From NCBI GenBank assembly GCA_040006215.1, contig JBDTXM010000001.1, positions 1 through 39,429 of the forward strand: 39,429 nt of DNA, read 5' to 3'. The translations under genes and the position numbers were made by a program. This DNA comes from Acidobacteriota bacterium. Its GTDB lineage: Bacteria > Acidobacteriota > Blastocatellia > Pyrinomonadales > Pyrinomonadaceae. Of this stretch, positions 1 through 8,459 are shown piece by piece (the stretch's first letter is position 1; every line of letters starts with the position of its first letter). The notes below the pieces were generated by a model. The model was not told the origin of the DNA. It saw only the letters and a list, made by a program, of their open reading frames with translations, and ran no database searches.

Positions 1-56
1 AGCGGCAGCGCGATCAACCCCTTCAAAAGGTCTCGTCGTTTCATCGTAGTTTTCAT
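1..56 (-). CDS. 5' end of a CDS running off the window; N-terminal twin-arginine (Tat) signal peptide, product unknown
   Basis: The reverse complement of 1..56 reads ATG AAA ACT ACG ATG AAA CGA CGA GAC CTT TTG AAG GGG TTG ATC GCG CTG CCG, giving MKTTMKRRDLLKGLIALP. RRDLLK fits the Tat consensus. The ATG (54..56) directly abuts the TAG stop (57..59) of the preceding minus-strand gene. Confidence 0.5.
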   Translation of the reverse strand, partial: MKTTMKRRDLLKGLIALP

Positions 57-1238
57 CTAGTAGATGAGGAACGGCTTTCTGGCATCGCGAAAATCCTTGA
101 GGCCGTCTGCCCAGTCAGTTTCTATCTCACGAATCGGTGTTCCAGCTTCGATCTGTTTGCGGATCTTATCGGTGCCGCAGATGACATCGAAAGGGTTTTT
201 GCCGAACTCGTATTCATATGCGTTTTGCCGCCACTGAAATTTGTCCGCGTACATATCGTACACGGTCTTGACCATCGCGATGCCAACGATCACGGGCTTA
301 AACATTTCCCGGTCGGTGACATGGATCTGGACGCCGCCGCATGTCTCACCGGCAAATTCGCAAAAGGTCGGACGGAAAAATGCCTCGCGAAAAGCCACAC
401 CTGGGAAATCAAGTTTCCGCAATTCATCTGCCCACGCTTTAGGATCGATGAACGGTGCTCCGTTCAGGAAAAATGGCAGCGTCGTGCCGCGGCCCTCGCT
501 CAGCTCAGTGCCTTCGATATGGACCGTCGCCGGAAAGACGACGCATGTGTCTACATCAGGAATATTGGGCGACGGCAAAACCCATGGCAGCCGGCATTCG
601 TCACCCCACATATCGCGGGACCAGTTTTGCATTTCGATGACCTCGAGTTCACAGCCGATGCCGAAATGCTCATTGAACATTTTCGCCAGCTCGCCGATCG
701 TCATTCCGTGACGAGTAGGCAGGGCAAATTGGCCGACAAAAGACTTGAACGCGTCCTCTGTAATGCTGCCCTCGATCGCATTTCCGCCGATCGGGTTCGG
801 GCGGTCGCACACTAAGACGCGTTTGCCGAACTTTTTCGCGGCGCGCATGCAATTCGCCATCGTGTAGACGAACGTGTAGATACGGCAGCCGACATCCTGC
901 AGATCGACAACGATATCGTCGAGATCCTTGAGCATTTCTTCGGTAGGCTCGCGCACCTCGCTGTAAAGCGAGTAGGCCATGATCCCCGTTCGCGGATCGC
1001 GAACGTGCGGCGTCTCGATCATGTTGTATTGAACATCACCCCGAATGCCATGCTGCGGGCCGAAGAGCGTGGTCAAATTAATATCCGGATGTTCGTGGAA
1101 GACGTCGGCGGCGTGACGAAATGTTTCCGGCAGGACCGATGCTTGATTGCAGACGAGCCCGGCGCGACGCCCGCGAAGAATATCTGAGCTCTCGCCAACT
1201 AATCTCTCAATACCGAGGATCGTGCGTTTTTTATTCAT
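57..1238 (-). CDS. DUF1343 family protein (YbbC/NamZ-type exo-beta-N-acetylmuramidase family)
   Basis: 393-aa ORF with an ATG start. It resembles DUF1343 proteins over its full length, with conserved stretches GLVCNQASV, LFGPQHG, VVDLQDVGCRIYT, VCDRPNP, PTRHGMTIGE, LPSPNIP and EGTELSEGRGT. The family was recalled from memory, not searched. Confidence 0.75.
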   Translation of the reverse strand: MNKKRTILGIERLVGESSDILRGRRAGLVCNQASVLPETFRHAADVFHEHPDINLTTLFGPQHGIRGDVQYNMIETPHVRDPRTGIMAYSLYSEVREPTEEMLKDLDDIVVDLQDVGCRIYTFVYTMANCMRAAKKFGKRVLVCDRPNPIGGNAIEGSITEDAFKSFVGQFALPTRHGMTIGELAKMFNEHFGIGCELEVIEMQNWSRDMWGDECRLPWVLPSPNIPDVDTCVVFPATVHIEGTELSEGRGTTLPFFLNGAPFIDPKAWADELRKLDFPGVAFREAFFRPTFCEFAGETCGGVQIHVTDREMFKPVIVGIAMVKTVYDMYADKFQWRQNAYEYEFGKNPFDVICGTDKIRKQIEAGTPIREIETDWADGLKDFRDARKPFLIY

Positions 1239-1331
1239 CTTAAAATCGTTCGTATCAATACTTTGTTAAAAAAATAATAGCCCAAGCTATTCGCAAGGGC
1301 CATTTCGGAAAACTGGATTTCGCTAGATGTT

Positions 1332-1664
1332 CTACGCCTGATCGTCGACCGCCGCATCAGGTGCGTTTTTCTTTACTGATTCAATTCCGTTATTCATTCC
1401 CGATTCGGTCGAATACATCTCACTCGAACCGATCACCTGTCCGTTCGACGCTTTCAGGTTAAAGAAATGATCGCCCTTATTCGAGGTCTTTTTTTCATAG
1501 CGGCTATCGTCGCCCGCGTTCTTTTTCACCGATTCGATACCATTCGTCGCCGCGGCTTTGGTCTCGTACATTTCGCTGCCGAGAATTTTTTCGCCGTTGC
1601 CCGCCTTGAGCCGGAAAAAGAATTTTCCGTTGGTTGATTTAGCTAATTCAAATTTACCTGCCAT
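1332..1664 (-). CDS. YegP family protein (tandem DUF1508 repeats)
   Basis: 110-aa ORF built from two internal repeats: KFFFRLKAGNGEKILGSEMYETKAAATNGIESVKKNA and HFFNLKASNGQVIGSSEMYSTESGMNNGIESVKKNA. An SD-like AAGGGGAG lies just upstream of the ATG. Confidence 0.8.
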   Translation of the reverse strand: MAGKFELAKSTNGKFFFRLKAGNGEKILGSEMYETKAAATNGIESVKKNAGDDSRYEKKTSNKGDHFFNLKASNGQVIGSSEMYSTESGMNNGIESVKKNAPDAAVDDQA

Positions 1665-1759
1665 ATTTGCACTCCCCTTTTAACAAAATAATCGAAGATC
1701 AAAAAAATGACGTGGCGGAACCCTTATCGAGAAGAGCATATCATAAAAATAATGCCATT

Positions 1760-2242
1760 TTACTCGATGAAATCGTTTGCCGAGACTTGGTGCGGCTGCA
1801 GGTTGTTGCGTTTGATTATCCTCGCACAGCCGTTCCACCTAAGGATGGCGTCGTCATTACCGTGTGGGCGGATCGCCTCAGCCTTTTCGAACCAGCTCAT
1901 CGCCTGCTCAAACAATCCGAAGGCATTCAAACCGCCTTTTTCGATCGTAGCTTTGGCGCGCCGTTCATAGATGATCCCAGTGTAATATGCCCGCTCGTAT
2001 TCATCAGTGATCTGGGCTACGTAATCGTTGATATGCGTGTCGCCAACAGCATAATCTTTGCCAAAGCGGTCGCTCATCGCAAGCACGATGTTTTTTAGAG
2101 CTTCCTGATTGTTGGGTTCAACCTCGAGTATGTCCAGATAGATGCTCTCCGCCGCACCCGGCTCATTCAGCAGCCTGTAACGATTGGCCTTTTCAAGGGC
2201 CGCGGGGACGGCATCGTGCGACAATTGCTTTAGCTCGAACAT
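1760..2242 (-). CDS. Hypothetical helical (TPR-like) protein, fourth cistron of the sdh operon
   Basis: The ATG at 2240..2242 shares one base with the sdhB TGA stop (TGATG on the minus strand). The six-frame track begins one codon earlier at a GTG (2245). The protein looks soluble and helical, and I recognised no catalytic motif. Confidence 0.6.
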   Translation of the reverse strand: MFELKQLSHDAVPAALEKANRYRLLNEPGAAESIYLDILEVEPNNQEALKNIVLAMSDRFGKDYAVGDTHINDYVAQITDEYERAYYTGIIYERRAKATIEKGGLNAFGLFEQAMSWFEKAEAIRPHGNDDAILRWNGCARIIKRNNLQPHQVSANDFIE

Positions 2243-2985
2243 CACTTCCTCCTGAACAGTTTGACCAGTTTTTTCAACGGGTCGTAGTGCTCGTCGACGA
2301 CTCTCTCTTTTAATGGAATGATCGCGTTATCGGTTATTGTAATACCTTCCGGGCAAACCTTGGTACAGCATTTCGTGATATTGCAATAGCCGATCCCACC
2401 AAGGTCTTTGAGGTCTTCGGTGCGGTTTTCAGTATCGAGCGGATGCATCTCTAGCGCGGCCGCGTAAACCAGGAATCGCGGCCCGATAAATTCCTGGTGC
2501 TTGTTGTGATCGCGAAGCACGTGGCAGACGTCCTGGCAGAGATAGCATTCGATGCATTTCCGAAATTCCTGCACGCGGTCAATGTCGTCCTGCTGCATCC
2601 GCCAGGTCCCGTCCGCAGCGTCCGGCGCCCGCGGTTTGAATTTCTTGATGCGTTTTTTTACCTCGTAATTCCAACTTACATCCGAGATGAGATCTTTGAT
2701 CGCCGGAAATGCACGCATCGGCTCGATCGTCACGGGAACATCGAGCGGGACAGTATCGAGCCGCGTCATGCACATCAGCTTCGGCATGCCGTTGATCTCG
2801 GCCGAACACGAACCGCATTTCCCGGCTTTGCAATTCCAACGGCACGCCAGATCGCCCGCCTGCTCACCTTGAATTTGCAGAACGGCATCCAACACCACCA
2901 TCCCTTCCGAAACCTCGGTCTGATAGTCCACCATATCGCCGCCCGTGCTGCCACCACGCCGGATACTAAATGTTGCCTTCCCCAT
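2242..2985 (-). CDS. sdhB: Succinate dehydrogenase/fumarate reductase iron-sulfur subunit
   Basis: 247 aa. It has three Cys clusters typical of SdhB/FrdB: CRWNCKAGKCGSCS...C, CIECYLCQDVC and CNITKCCTKVCP. Its start overlaps the sdhA stop (TAATG). Confidence 0.93.
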   Translation of the reverse strand: MGKATFSIRRGGSTGGDMVDYQTEVSEGMVVLDAVLQIQGEQAGDLACRWNCKAGKCGSCSAEINGMPKLMCMTRLDTVPLDVPVTIEPMRAFPAIKDLISDVSWNYEVKKRIKKFKPRAPDAADGTWRMQQDDIDRVQEFRKCIECYLCQDVCHVLRDHNKHQEFIGPRFLVYAAALEMHPLDTENRTEDLKDLGGIGYCNITKCCTKVCPEGITITDNAIIPLKERVVDEHYDPLKKLVKLFRRK

Positions 2986-4796
2986 TAACCCATTTCCTCG
3001 ATGATCTGTTTCAGCTCGGCCGGCATTTCCGGGATCGGCATCCGTTCGATGGACATCGAACCGTCCCCTTCTTTCTTAAGCGTAAAATTAAACTTCGCGA
3101 ATTCAGGATCCTTCGCCGGAAAGTCGTCGCGATATTGGCCACCGCGGCTTTCCTTTCGTTCGATCGCGGCTCGGGTTATCGCTTCGGAGACAGTCAATAG
3201 ATTTCGTAGGTCAAGCGATGTGTGCCAACCGGGATTGAAATCGATATTCCCTGACACGCCGACTGCACTGGATCTTTCCCTCAGGATCTTCAATCCGTCG
3301 AGCGCCCGCTCCATCTCGTTGCCGGTACGAACAATCCCGACGAGGTCCTGCATCATATCCTGCAGGTCATTTTGGATCTCGAACGGATTTTCGCCGCCCG
3401 TTCGTTCGAACGGAGCCAATGCACGTGAGGCTTCCGATTCGATCTGACTGGAATCGATCGCACCATGACCGTTTTCCTTGGCGAACTGAGCCGCATACTC
3501 ACCGGCGCGTTTTCCAAAAACGATCAAGTCTGACAGTGAATTGCCACCCAGACGATTCGCCCCATTAATTCCCGCGGCGCACTCACCGGCCGCAAATAGT
3601 CCCGGCACCGTCGACGCCTGCGAGTCTGAATCGACTCGAACGCCGCCCATTATGTAATGCGTCGTCGGCCCGACCTCCATCGGCGTGGTCGTGATGTCCA
3701 GATTAGCAAGCTGTTTGAACTGGTGATACATCGACGGCAGCTTTTTCTTTATATGTTCAGGAGCATTCGCGATTTTTTCCTTTATCCACGCGATGTCCAG
3801 AAAAACTCCGCCGTGCGGGCTCCCGCGTCCGGCTTTAACTTCCTGGACGATACACCGAGCGACGTGATCGCGCGTTAAAAGCTCCGGGGGACGCCGGGCG
3901 GATTTGTCACCGGTAACGTAACGCCAGCCTTCTTCTTCGGTGTCGGACGTTTGATCTTTATAGTTGTCGGGAATGTCGTCGAACATGAAGCGTTTCCCTT
4001 CGCTGTTCTTCAGAATTCCGCCCTCGCCCCGAACGCCCTCTGTAACAAGAATTCCTCGCACGCTCGGCGGCCAGACCATTCCCGTTGGGTGAAACTGGAT
4101 GAATTCCATGTCGATCAGCTCGGCACCGGCATGATACGCAAGAGCGTGCCCATCGCCTGTCCCTTCCCAACTGTTAGAAGTGATCTTGTAGGCTCGGCCG
4201 ACCCCGCCCGTTGCAAGAATGACTGCCTTGGCCTTAAACACGCGAAACCTTCCGTGTTCGCGTTCGTATGCAAAACACCCGACCACACGTTCGCCATCTT
4301 TTAGGAGCGAGATCACAGTCACTTCCATGTGGACATCGATGCCCTGATGGATGCCGTGATCTTGGAGTGTTCTGATAAGTTCGAGGCCCGTTCGGTCGCC
4401 AACGTGCGCCAGCCGAGGATAACGGTGGCCGCCAAAATTCCGCTGAAGTATCTTGCCGTCTTTTGTGCGGTCAAAAACGGCACCCCACGCTTCGAGTTCG
4501 CGAACGCGATCCGGCGCCTCTTTAGCGTGAAGCTCCGCCATCCGCCAATTATTGACGTACTGGCCACCTCGCATTGTGTCGGTAAAATGCACCTTCCAAT
4601 TGTCGCGGTTGTCGACATTTCCCATCGCAGCCGCCATGCCGCCCTCGGCCATCACGGTATGAGCTTTACCCAGCAGTGATTTGCAGATTAGGCCCACGCT
4701 TGCGCCAGCGCCCGACGATTCGATCGCAGCCCGCAATCCCGCACCACCCGCGCCGATCACGAGTACGTCATGTTCGTATATTGTGTAGTCGATCAT
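2985..4796 (-). CDS. sdhA: Succinate dehydrogenase/fumarate reductase flavoprotein subunit
   Basis: 603 aa. It has an N-terminal FAD fold (VLVIGAGGAGLRAA), the covalent-FAD His region (KAHTVMAEGG), and the HPTG, RGEGG and NRLGGNSL signatures. Its start overlaps the sdhC stop (TAATG). Confidence 0.95.
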   Translation of the reverse strand: MIDYTIYEHDVLVIGAGGAGLRAAIESSGAGASVGLICKSLLGKAHTVMAEGGMAAAMGNVDNRDNWKVHFTDTMRGGQYVNNWRMAELHAKEAPDRVRELEAWGAVFDRTKDGKILQRNFGGHRYPRLAHVGDRTGLELIRTLQDHGIHQGIDVHMEVTVISLLKDGERVVGCFAYEREHGRFRVFKAKAVILATGGVGRAYKITSNSWEGTGDGHALAYHAGAELIDMEFIQFHPTGMVWPPSVRGILVTEGVRGEGGILKNSEGKRFMFDDIPDNYKDQTSDTEEEGWRYVTGDKSARRPPELLTRDHVARCIVQEVKAGRGSPHGGVFLDIAWIKEKIANAPEHIKKKLPSMYHQFKQLANLDITTTPMEVGPTTHYIMGGVRVDSDSQASTVPGLFAAGECAAGINGANRLGGNSLSDLIVFGKRAGEYAAQFAKENGHGAIDSSQIESEASRALAPFERTGGENPFEIQNDLQDMMQDLVGIVRTGNEMERALDGLKILRERSSAVGVSGNIDFNPGWHTSLDLRNLLTVSEAITRAAIERKESRGGQYRDDFPAKDPEFAKFNFTLKKEGDGSMSIERMPIPEMPAELKQIIEEMG

Positions 4797-5593
4797 TAAA
4801 AAATTCTAAGGTCGTGCAAGATCCCCATAGAGCAGAGTCGAACATAGATATCCGAAAATCCTACCCAAAACAGGCTCATCCAGGCGAACAGCATGTGGCG
4901 CTTGTTCAGTTTGGTAACGCATTTATATGCCGTCTGTCTTGCCGGTTTGTCGGACATCACATCGCAGCCTCCGCCCACAAGATGGCGCAGGCTGTGGCAG
5001 CCGAGCGTGTAACTGCTGAGCAGGACCACGTTGACGACCAGCACCAGTGTGCCGACACCGATACCGAAATGCCGCTTTCCGTCGGCACCCGGAAACCACA
5101 TCGCCTCGAGTGCGTCGTAGGCGAGAATCAAGATAAAGATCAGAGCGAGATATAAGAAATATCTATGTATGTTCTGCAGAACAAGCGGAAATTTCCGCTC
5201 GCCCCGATATCCCGAACGCGGCTCACCGACCGCACACGCAGGAGGGTCAGCCCAAAACGCTTTGTAATACGCCCCGCGGTAGTAATAACAGGTAAACCGA
5301 AATCCGCCCGGCGCCCACAGGATCATCAATGCCGCCGTGAATGGTACCCATGACGGGAACCACGCAGGCTTTGGACCGAACCATGCCGTGGCCGACCCGA
5401 GCAGTTCCGGCGAATAGAATGGCGATAGATATGGCCCGAAACGGTAATGCTGACCCTGAAACGCAGCCCAGGTCGAATAGGCAATAAACGCGGAAAACCC
5501 GAGGAATGTGAGCACCGACGGGACCCACCAAAGATCCTTTCGCATCGTTTCACCCGCTGAACGACGCGTTATTGATACCAGCTTCGAAGCCAT
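4796..5593 (-). CDS. sdhC: Succinate dehydrogenase membrane anchor / cytochrome b-type subunit (single large anchor)
   Basis: A polytopic membrane ORF immediately upstream of sdhA and overlapping it. I prefer the ATG at 5591..5593, which is preceded by the strong SD AAGGGGGA, over the GTG at 5629 used by the track. The family assignment rests on context and hydrophobicity, not on a recognised motif. Confidence 0.7.
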   Translation of the reverse strand: MASKLVSITRRSAGETMRKDLWWVPSVLTFLGFSAFIAYSTWAAFQGQHYRFGPYLSPFYSPELLGSATAWFGPKPAWFPSWVPFTAALMILWAPGGFRFTCYYYRGAYYKAFWADPPACAVGEPRSGYRGERKFPLVLQNIHRYFLYLALIFILILAYDALEAMWFPGADGKRHFGIGVGTLVLVVNVVLLSSYTLGCHSLRHLVGGGCDVMSDKPARQTAYKCVTKLNKRHMLFAWMSLFWVGFSDIYVRLCSMGILHDLRIF

Positions 5594-5822
5594 TAATTCC
5601 CCCTTTTTATCGGAAGGCGTCTCGCCCACGAAAAGATTCGACGGTGCGGTTCATGTTGAAGAATAAGGACTTAATACCGAAAGAACTGCTATCGTTTTTA
5701 CGCGAAAAAGTCATCCAAGTCAAGAAATCGTCTGGGCAGGCCCGATAATACGATTTGCCTACCGGAGAATACGGATGTTGGTGATGGGTCGCTATAATAT
5801 TTAATTAGACATCTCCAACAAG

Positions 5823-8459
5823 ATGAAGAGAATCCTCGCAACATCTAAATTCATAGATCTTTCGCATGTTCCTGCCGAAGGCTTTCTAGTTCTTACGCCG
5901 AATCGTGAGGCGGCCGCTCGGTTAAACGCTCCGCATCGAAGTCTGCGCAGCCTAGCCGAGGACATCCTAAATCGCGAAAAGCTCGCAGTGGCGTCGCCGC
6001 TGCATTGCCTGCACGCACTTAAGTCCGTAATACGAAAGCTGACGCCCGAGCGTGATGCCGCGGCGGAAAGCTCCCGAATCCGGCGAATTCTGGCAACGGT
6101 TCTGCGGGACGGTATTGACATCGCGGCGCTAAAGCAAAGCGGGGTCCCGAGCGCTGAGTTGCTGGGCAAAATGGCGGAAAGGTACCTTCTAGATCTCTTA
6201 AACAACGGCCTGGTCGATCCGGAATCCGCCCTCTGGAAGGCGGGGGACTTCGTTCGCGAGAGGCTCAAGGTGATAGTGTACGGCTATTTTCGGGCGCGTG
6301 AGCATGACATCAAATTTATTGACAAGATCGCCGGCGACGGAAGCGTTTTCGTTGTGCCATCGGGCAGTGGCCCTGTCTTTACCTCGGTCAACAGATCGAT
6401 CGACGAGCTGTTGAATGCAGGCTGGCTGATCGAAGATAGTGATCGCGCGTCCGTTTCGGAGATCGAAAGAGCGGCTTACGGATTTGGGGTCGGCCACTCG
6501 GAAGATAACGTGGACGCCGTCACGATCTCGGCTTTCGCATACGAAAACGTCGATGCCGAAGTCAGAGGAACGCTGGCGGCGGCCAAGCAAATGATCACCG
6601 AAGGAACGCGCCCCGAAAGCATTGCCATCTTGTGTCGGAACGCCGCCGATTACGAACTAACGATCTCCACCATCGCCCGAGAATACTGCGTTCCCGTCTC
6701 TTCGCGATCGACGATCAGCCTTCTGGAAACTACGGTCGGCGGCTATATCTCTCTGATTCTTGAAGCCAACGAAAATGCGTTTGAATTTTCGGTGACCGCG
6801 CGGCTTCTGAACCACCAATATGGACCCGGTTTGAGCGATGAGATCTGGTCCACGGCTAGGCGCCGGCGATCGTCCGGCGTTGATGCTTGGAAGAAAGCTG
6901 GAGTAGATCTCGCACCGATGGTTGGACCGGAAAGCTTGTCACTAACAGAGTGGATCGATTGGCTTGCTCGAGCGTTCCCATCATCGCTGGTCCGCGAACG
7001 AGCACCCGAAAGCGCAGGCAATTTGATCGCCTACGGAAAGTTCCGCGATGCTTTGGCAGAACTGAAAACCTTCGATGACAAGCAACTACTCGGTCTCCCC
7101 GCATTTTCGAATGTTCTCGCCGAGATGCTCGAAAATGTCGAAACCGAGATCGATCCGCGGAAGGGAGGCATTCCATTTCACCAGCCGAACACCATCATCG
7201 GCGGCACGTTCGATCATATTTTCGTGCTCGGTATGGCTGAGGGCATGCTGCCTGCGGTGACTGGCGAAGATACCGCGATCGATTTTTACGAGCAGCGGAT
7301 ACTCGAGCAGCGAAGCGTCAGGTTCGACAGGCCCGTAGAATTTCCGCGATGGGAAGCTCTATCGTTTTACTACGTGCTTCTCGCCGCGAGAAGTGGGATC
7401 ACCCTGAGCTATCCGAAAACGGTCGATATAGAAGAAAAGATCGCGAGCCCATTTTTTGACCGGCTCCCGGTGAAGTTGGGAAAAGGTGCCGCCGTCACCT
7501 CAGTCGCAAGCCCGCGCGAGGAGCTGAAATATTTTCTCCGGCACGACGATGCGCCCGAGAGGCTTAGCCTTTTGAAACCCGCGACACATCAGTACACCGT
7601 GGAACGCCGGCGCGAGTCAGACCACGCTTATGACGAGTATGACGGCCTGACGGGCATTCCGATCGATATTGCGAGCCGTACTTGGAGCGCCTCGCAGCTT
7701 ACCAAGATCGGTCAGTGCCCCTTTAAGTGGTTTTCTGAGAAAGTTCTTCGCCTTTCACCTACCGACGAGGGTGACACCGATCTCCGTGGGAACACGATGG
7801 GTCGCCTTTATCATAAGACGCTGCAGATCGCTGTTGGAAAAGCTATCGAAAGTCCAGCCTTTCGTGAAACGGTTCTGGCGGTTCTCGAACAAGCCTTTCT
7901 CGAAGCCGAAAACGATGACGAGATCGGTGTCAAAGGTCTGCCGAATTGGGAACACCGCCGTTCCGAACATTTGGCGACCCTGCGCAAAGCCGTCGAGTCA
8001 CCCGATTTTATCGCTGAGGGCGCCCGCGTGGTGGCGACAGAGCAGAAATTCGAAGCCTCGTGGAACGGCTTCAATCTACGCGGGTCGATCGATCGCGTCG
8101 ACGAAACTCCGGACGGATTTGTCGCGATCGATTACAAGACGGGTACCTACGTCGGAAAAGTAAAAGACGCGACCGGCGAGCTCGAAACGGACATTCAACT
8201 GCCGATCTACACGCGTGTCGCGTTAGAATCGCTCTACCCCGGATGCGTTAGCGACGGACATTATTTTTCGCTGCGGCAAACCAAGATCATGCGGCAAAAA
8301 CCAGCAGAGATCGAGAGTTTTGCGGCTGGGGTGAAAAAAATACTTGAAGCAGGTAATTTCTCGGTCGATCCCGATGGCAAAAAAAAGAGCTGCAAATACT
8401 GCGAGTATGACCCGCTCTGCAGACGCGGACCGCGAAATGCCCGAAAGCCGAAACCATAA
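5823..8459 (+). CDS. addB: AddB-like PD-(D/E)XK nuclease subunit (no Walker A) with a C-terminal 4-Cys cluster
   Basis: 878 aa. The C-terminal RecB-type nuclease module shows GQCPFKWF, GSIDRVD, AIDYKTG and QLPIY, followed by CKYCEYDPLC (Cys codons at 8391, 8400 and 8418). I found no GxxxxGK[ST] motif anywhere in the protein. The TAA stop at 8457..8459 directly abuts the ATG of the next gene. Confidence 0.8.
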   Translation: MKRILATSKFIDLSHVPAEGFLVLTPNREAAARLNAPHRSLRSLAEDILNREKLAVASPLHCLHALKSVIRKLTPERDAAAESSRIRRILATVLRDGIDIAALKQSGVPSAELLGKMAERYLLDLLNNGLVDPESALWKAGDFVRERLKVIVYGYFRAREHDIKFIDKIAGDGSVFVVPSGSGPVFTSVNRSIDELLNAGWLIEDSDRASVSEIERAAYGFGVGHSEDNVDAVTISAFAYENVDAEVRGTLAAAKQMITEGTRPESIAILCRNAADYELTISTIAREYCVPVSSRSTISLLETTVGGYISLILEANENAFEFSVTARLLNHQYGPGLSDEIWSTARRRRSSGVDAWKKAGVDLAPMVGPESLSLTEWIDWLARAFPSSLVRERAPESAGNLIAYGKFRDALAELKTFDDKQLLGLPAFSNVLAEMLENVETEIDPRKGGIPFHQPNTIIGGTFDHIFVLGMAEGMLPAVTGEDTAIDFYEQRILEQRSVRFDRPVEFPRWEALSFYYVLLAARSGITLSYPKTVDIEEKIASPFFDRLPVKLGKGAAVTSVASPREELKYFLRHDDAPERLSLLKPATHQYTVERRRESDHAYDEYDGLTGIPIDIASRTWSASQLTKIGQCPFKWFSEKVLRLSPTDEGDTDLRGNTMGRLYHKTLQIAVGKAIESPAFRETVLAVLEQAFLEAENDDEIGVKGLPNWEHRRSEHLATLRKAVESPDFIAEGARVVATEQKFEASWNGFNLRGSIDRVDETPDGFVAIDYKTGTYVGKVKDATGELETDIQLPIYTRVALESLYPGCVSDGHYFSLRQTKIMRQKPAEIESFAAGVKKILEAGNFSVDPDGKKKSCKYCEYDPLCRRGPRNARKPKP

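Noticed and set aside
1239-1331. Possible terminator downstream of the YegP gene (GCCC...GGGC followed by a T-run on the minus strand).
   Set aside because: Only 4 bp of convincing pairing, so it is not supportable as a hairpin.
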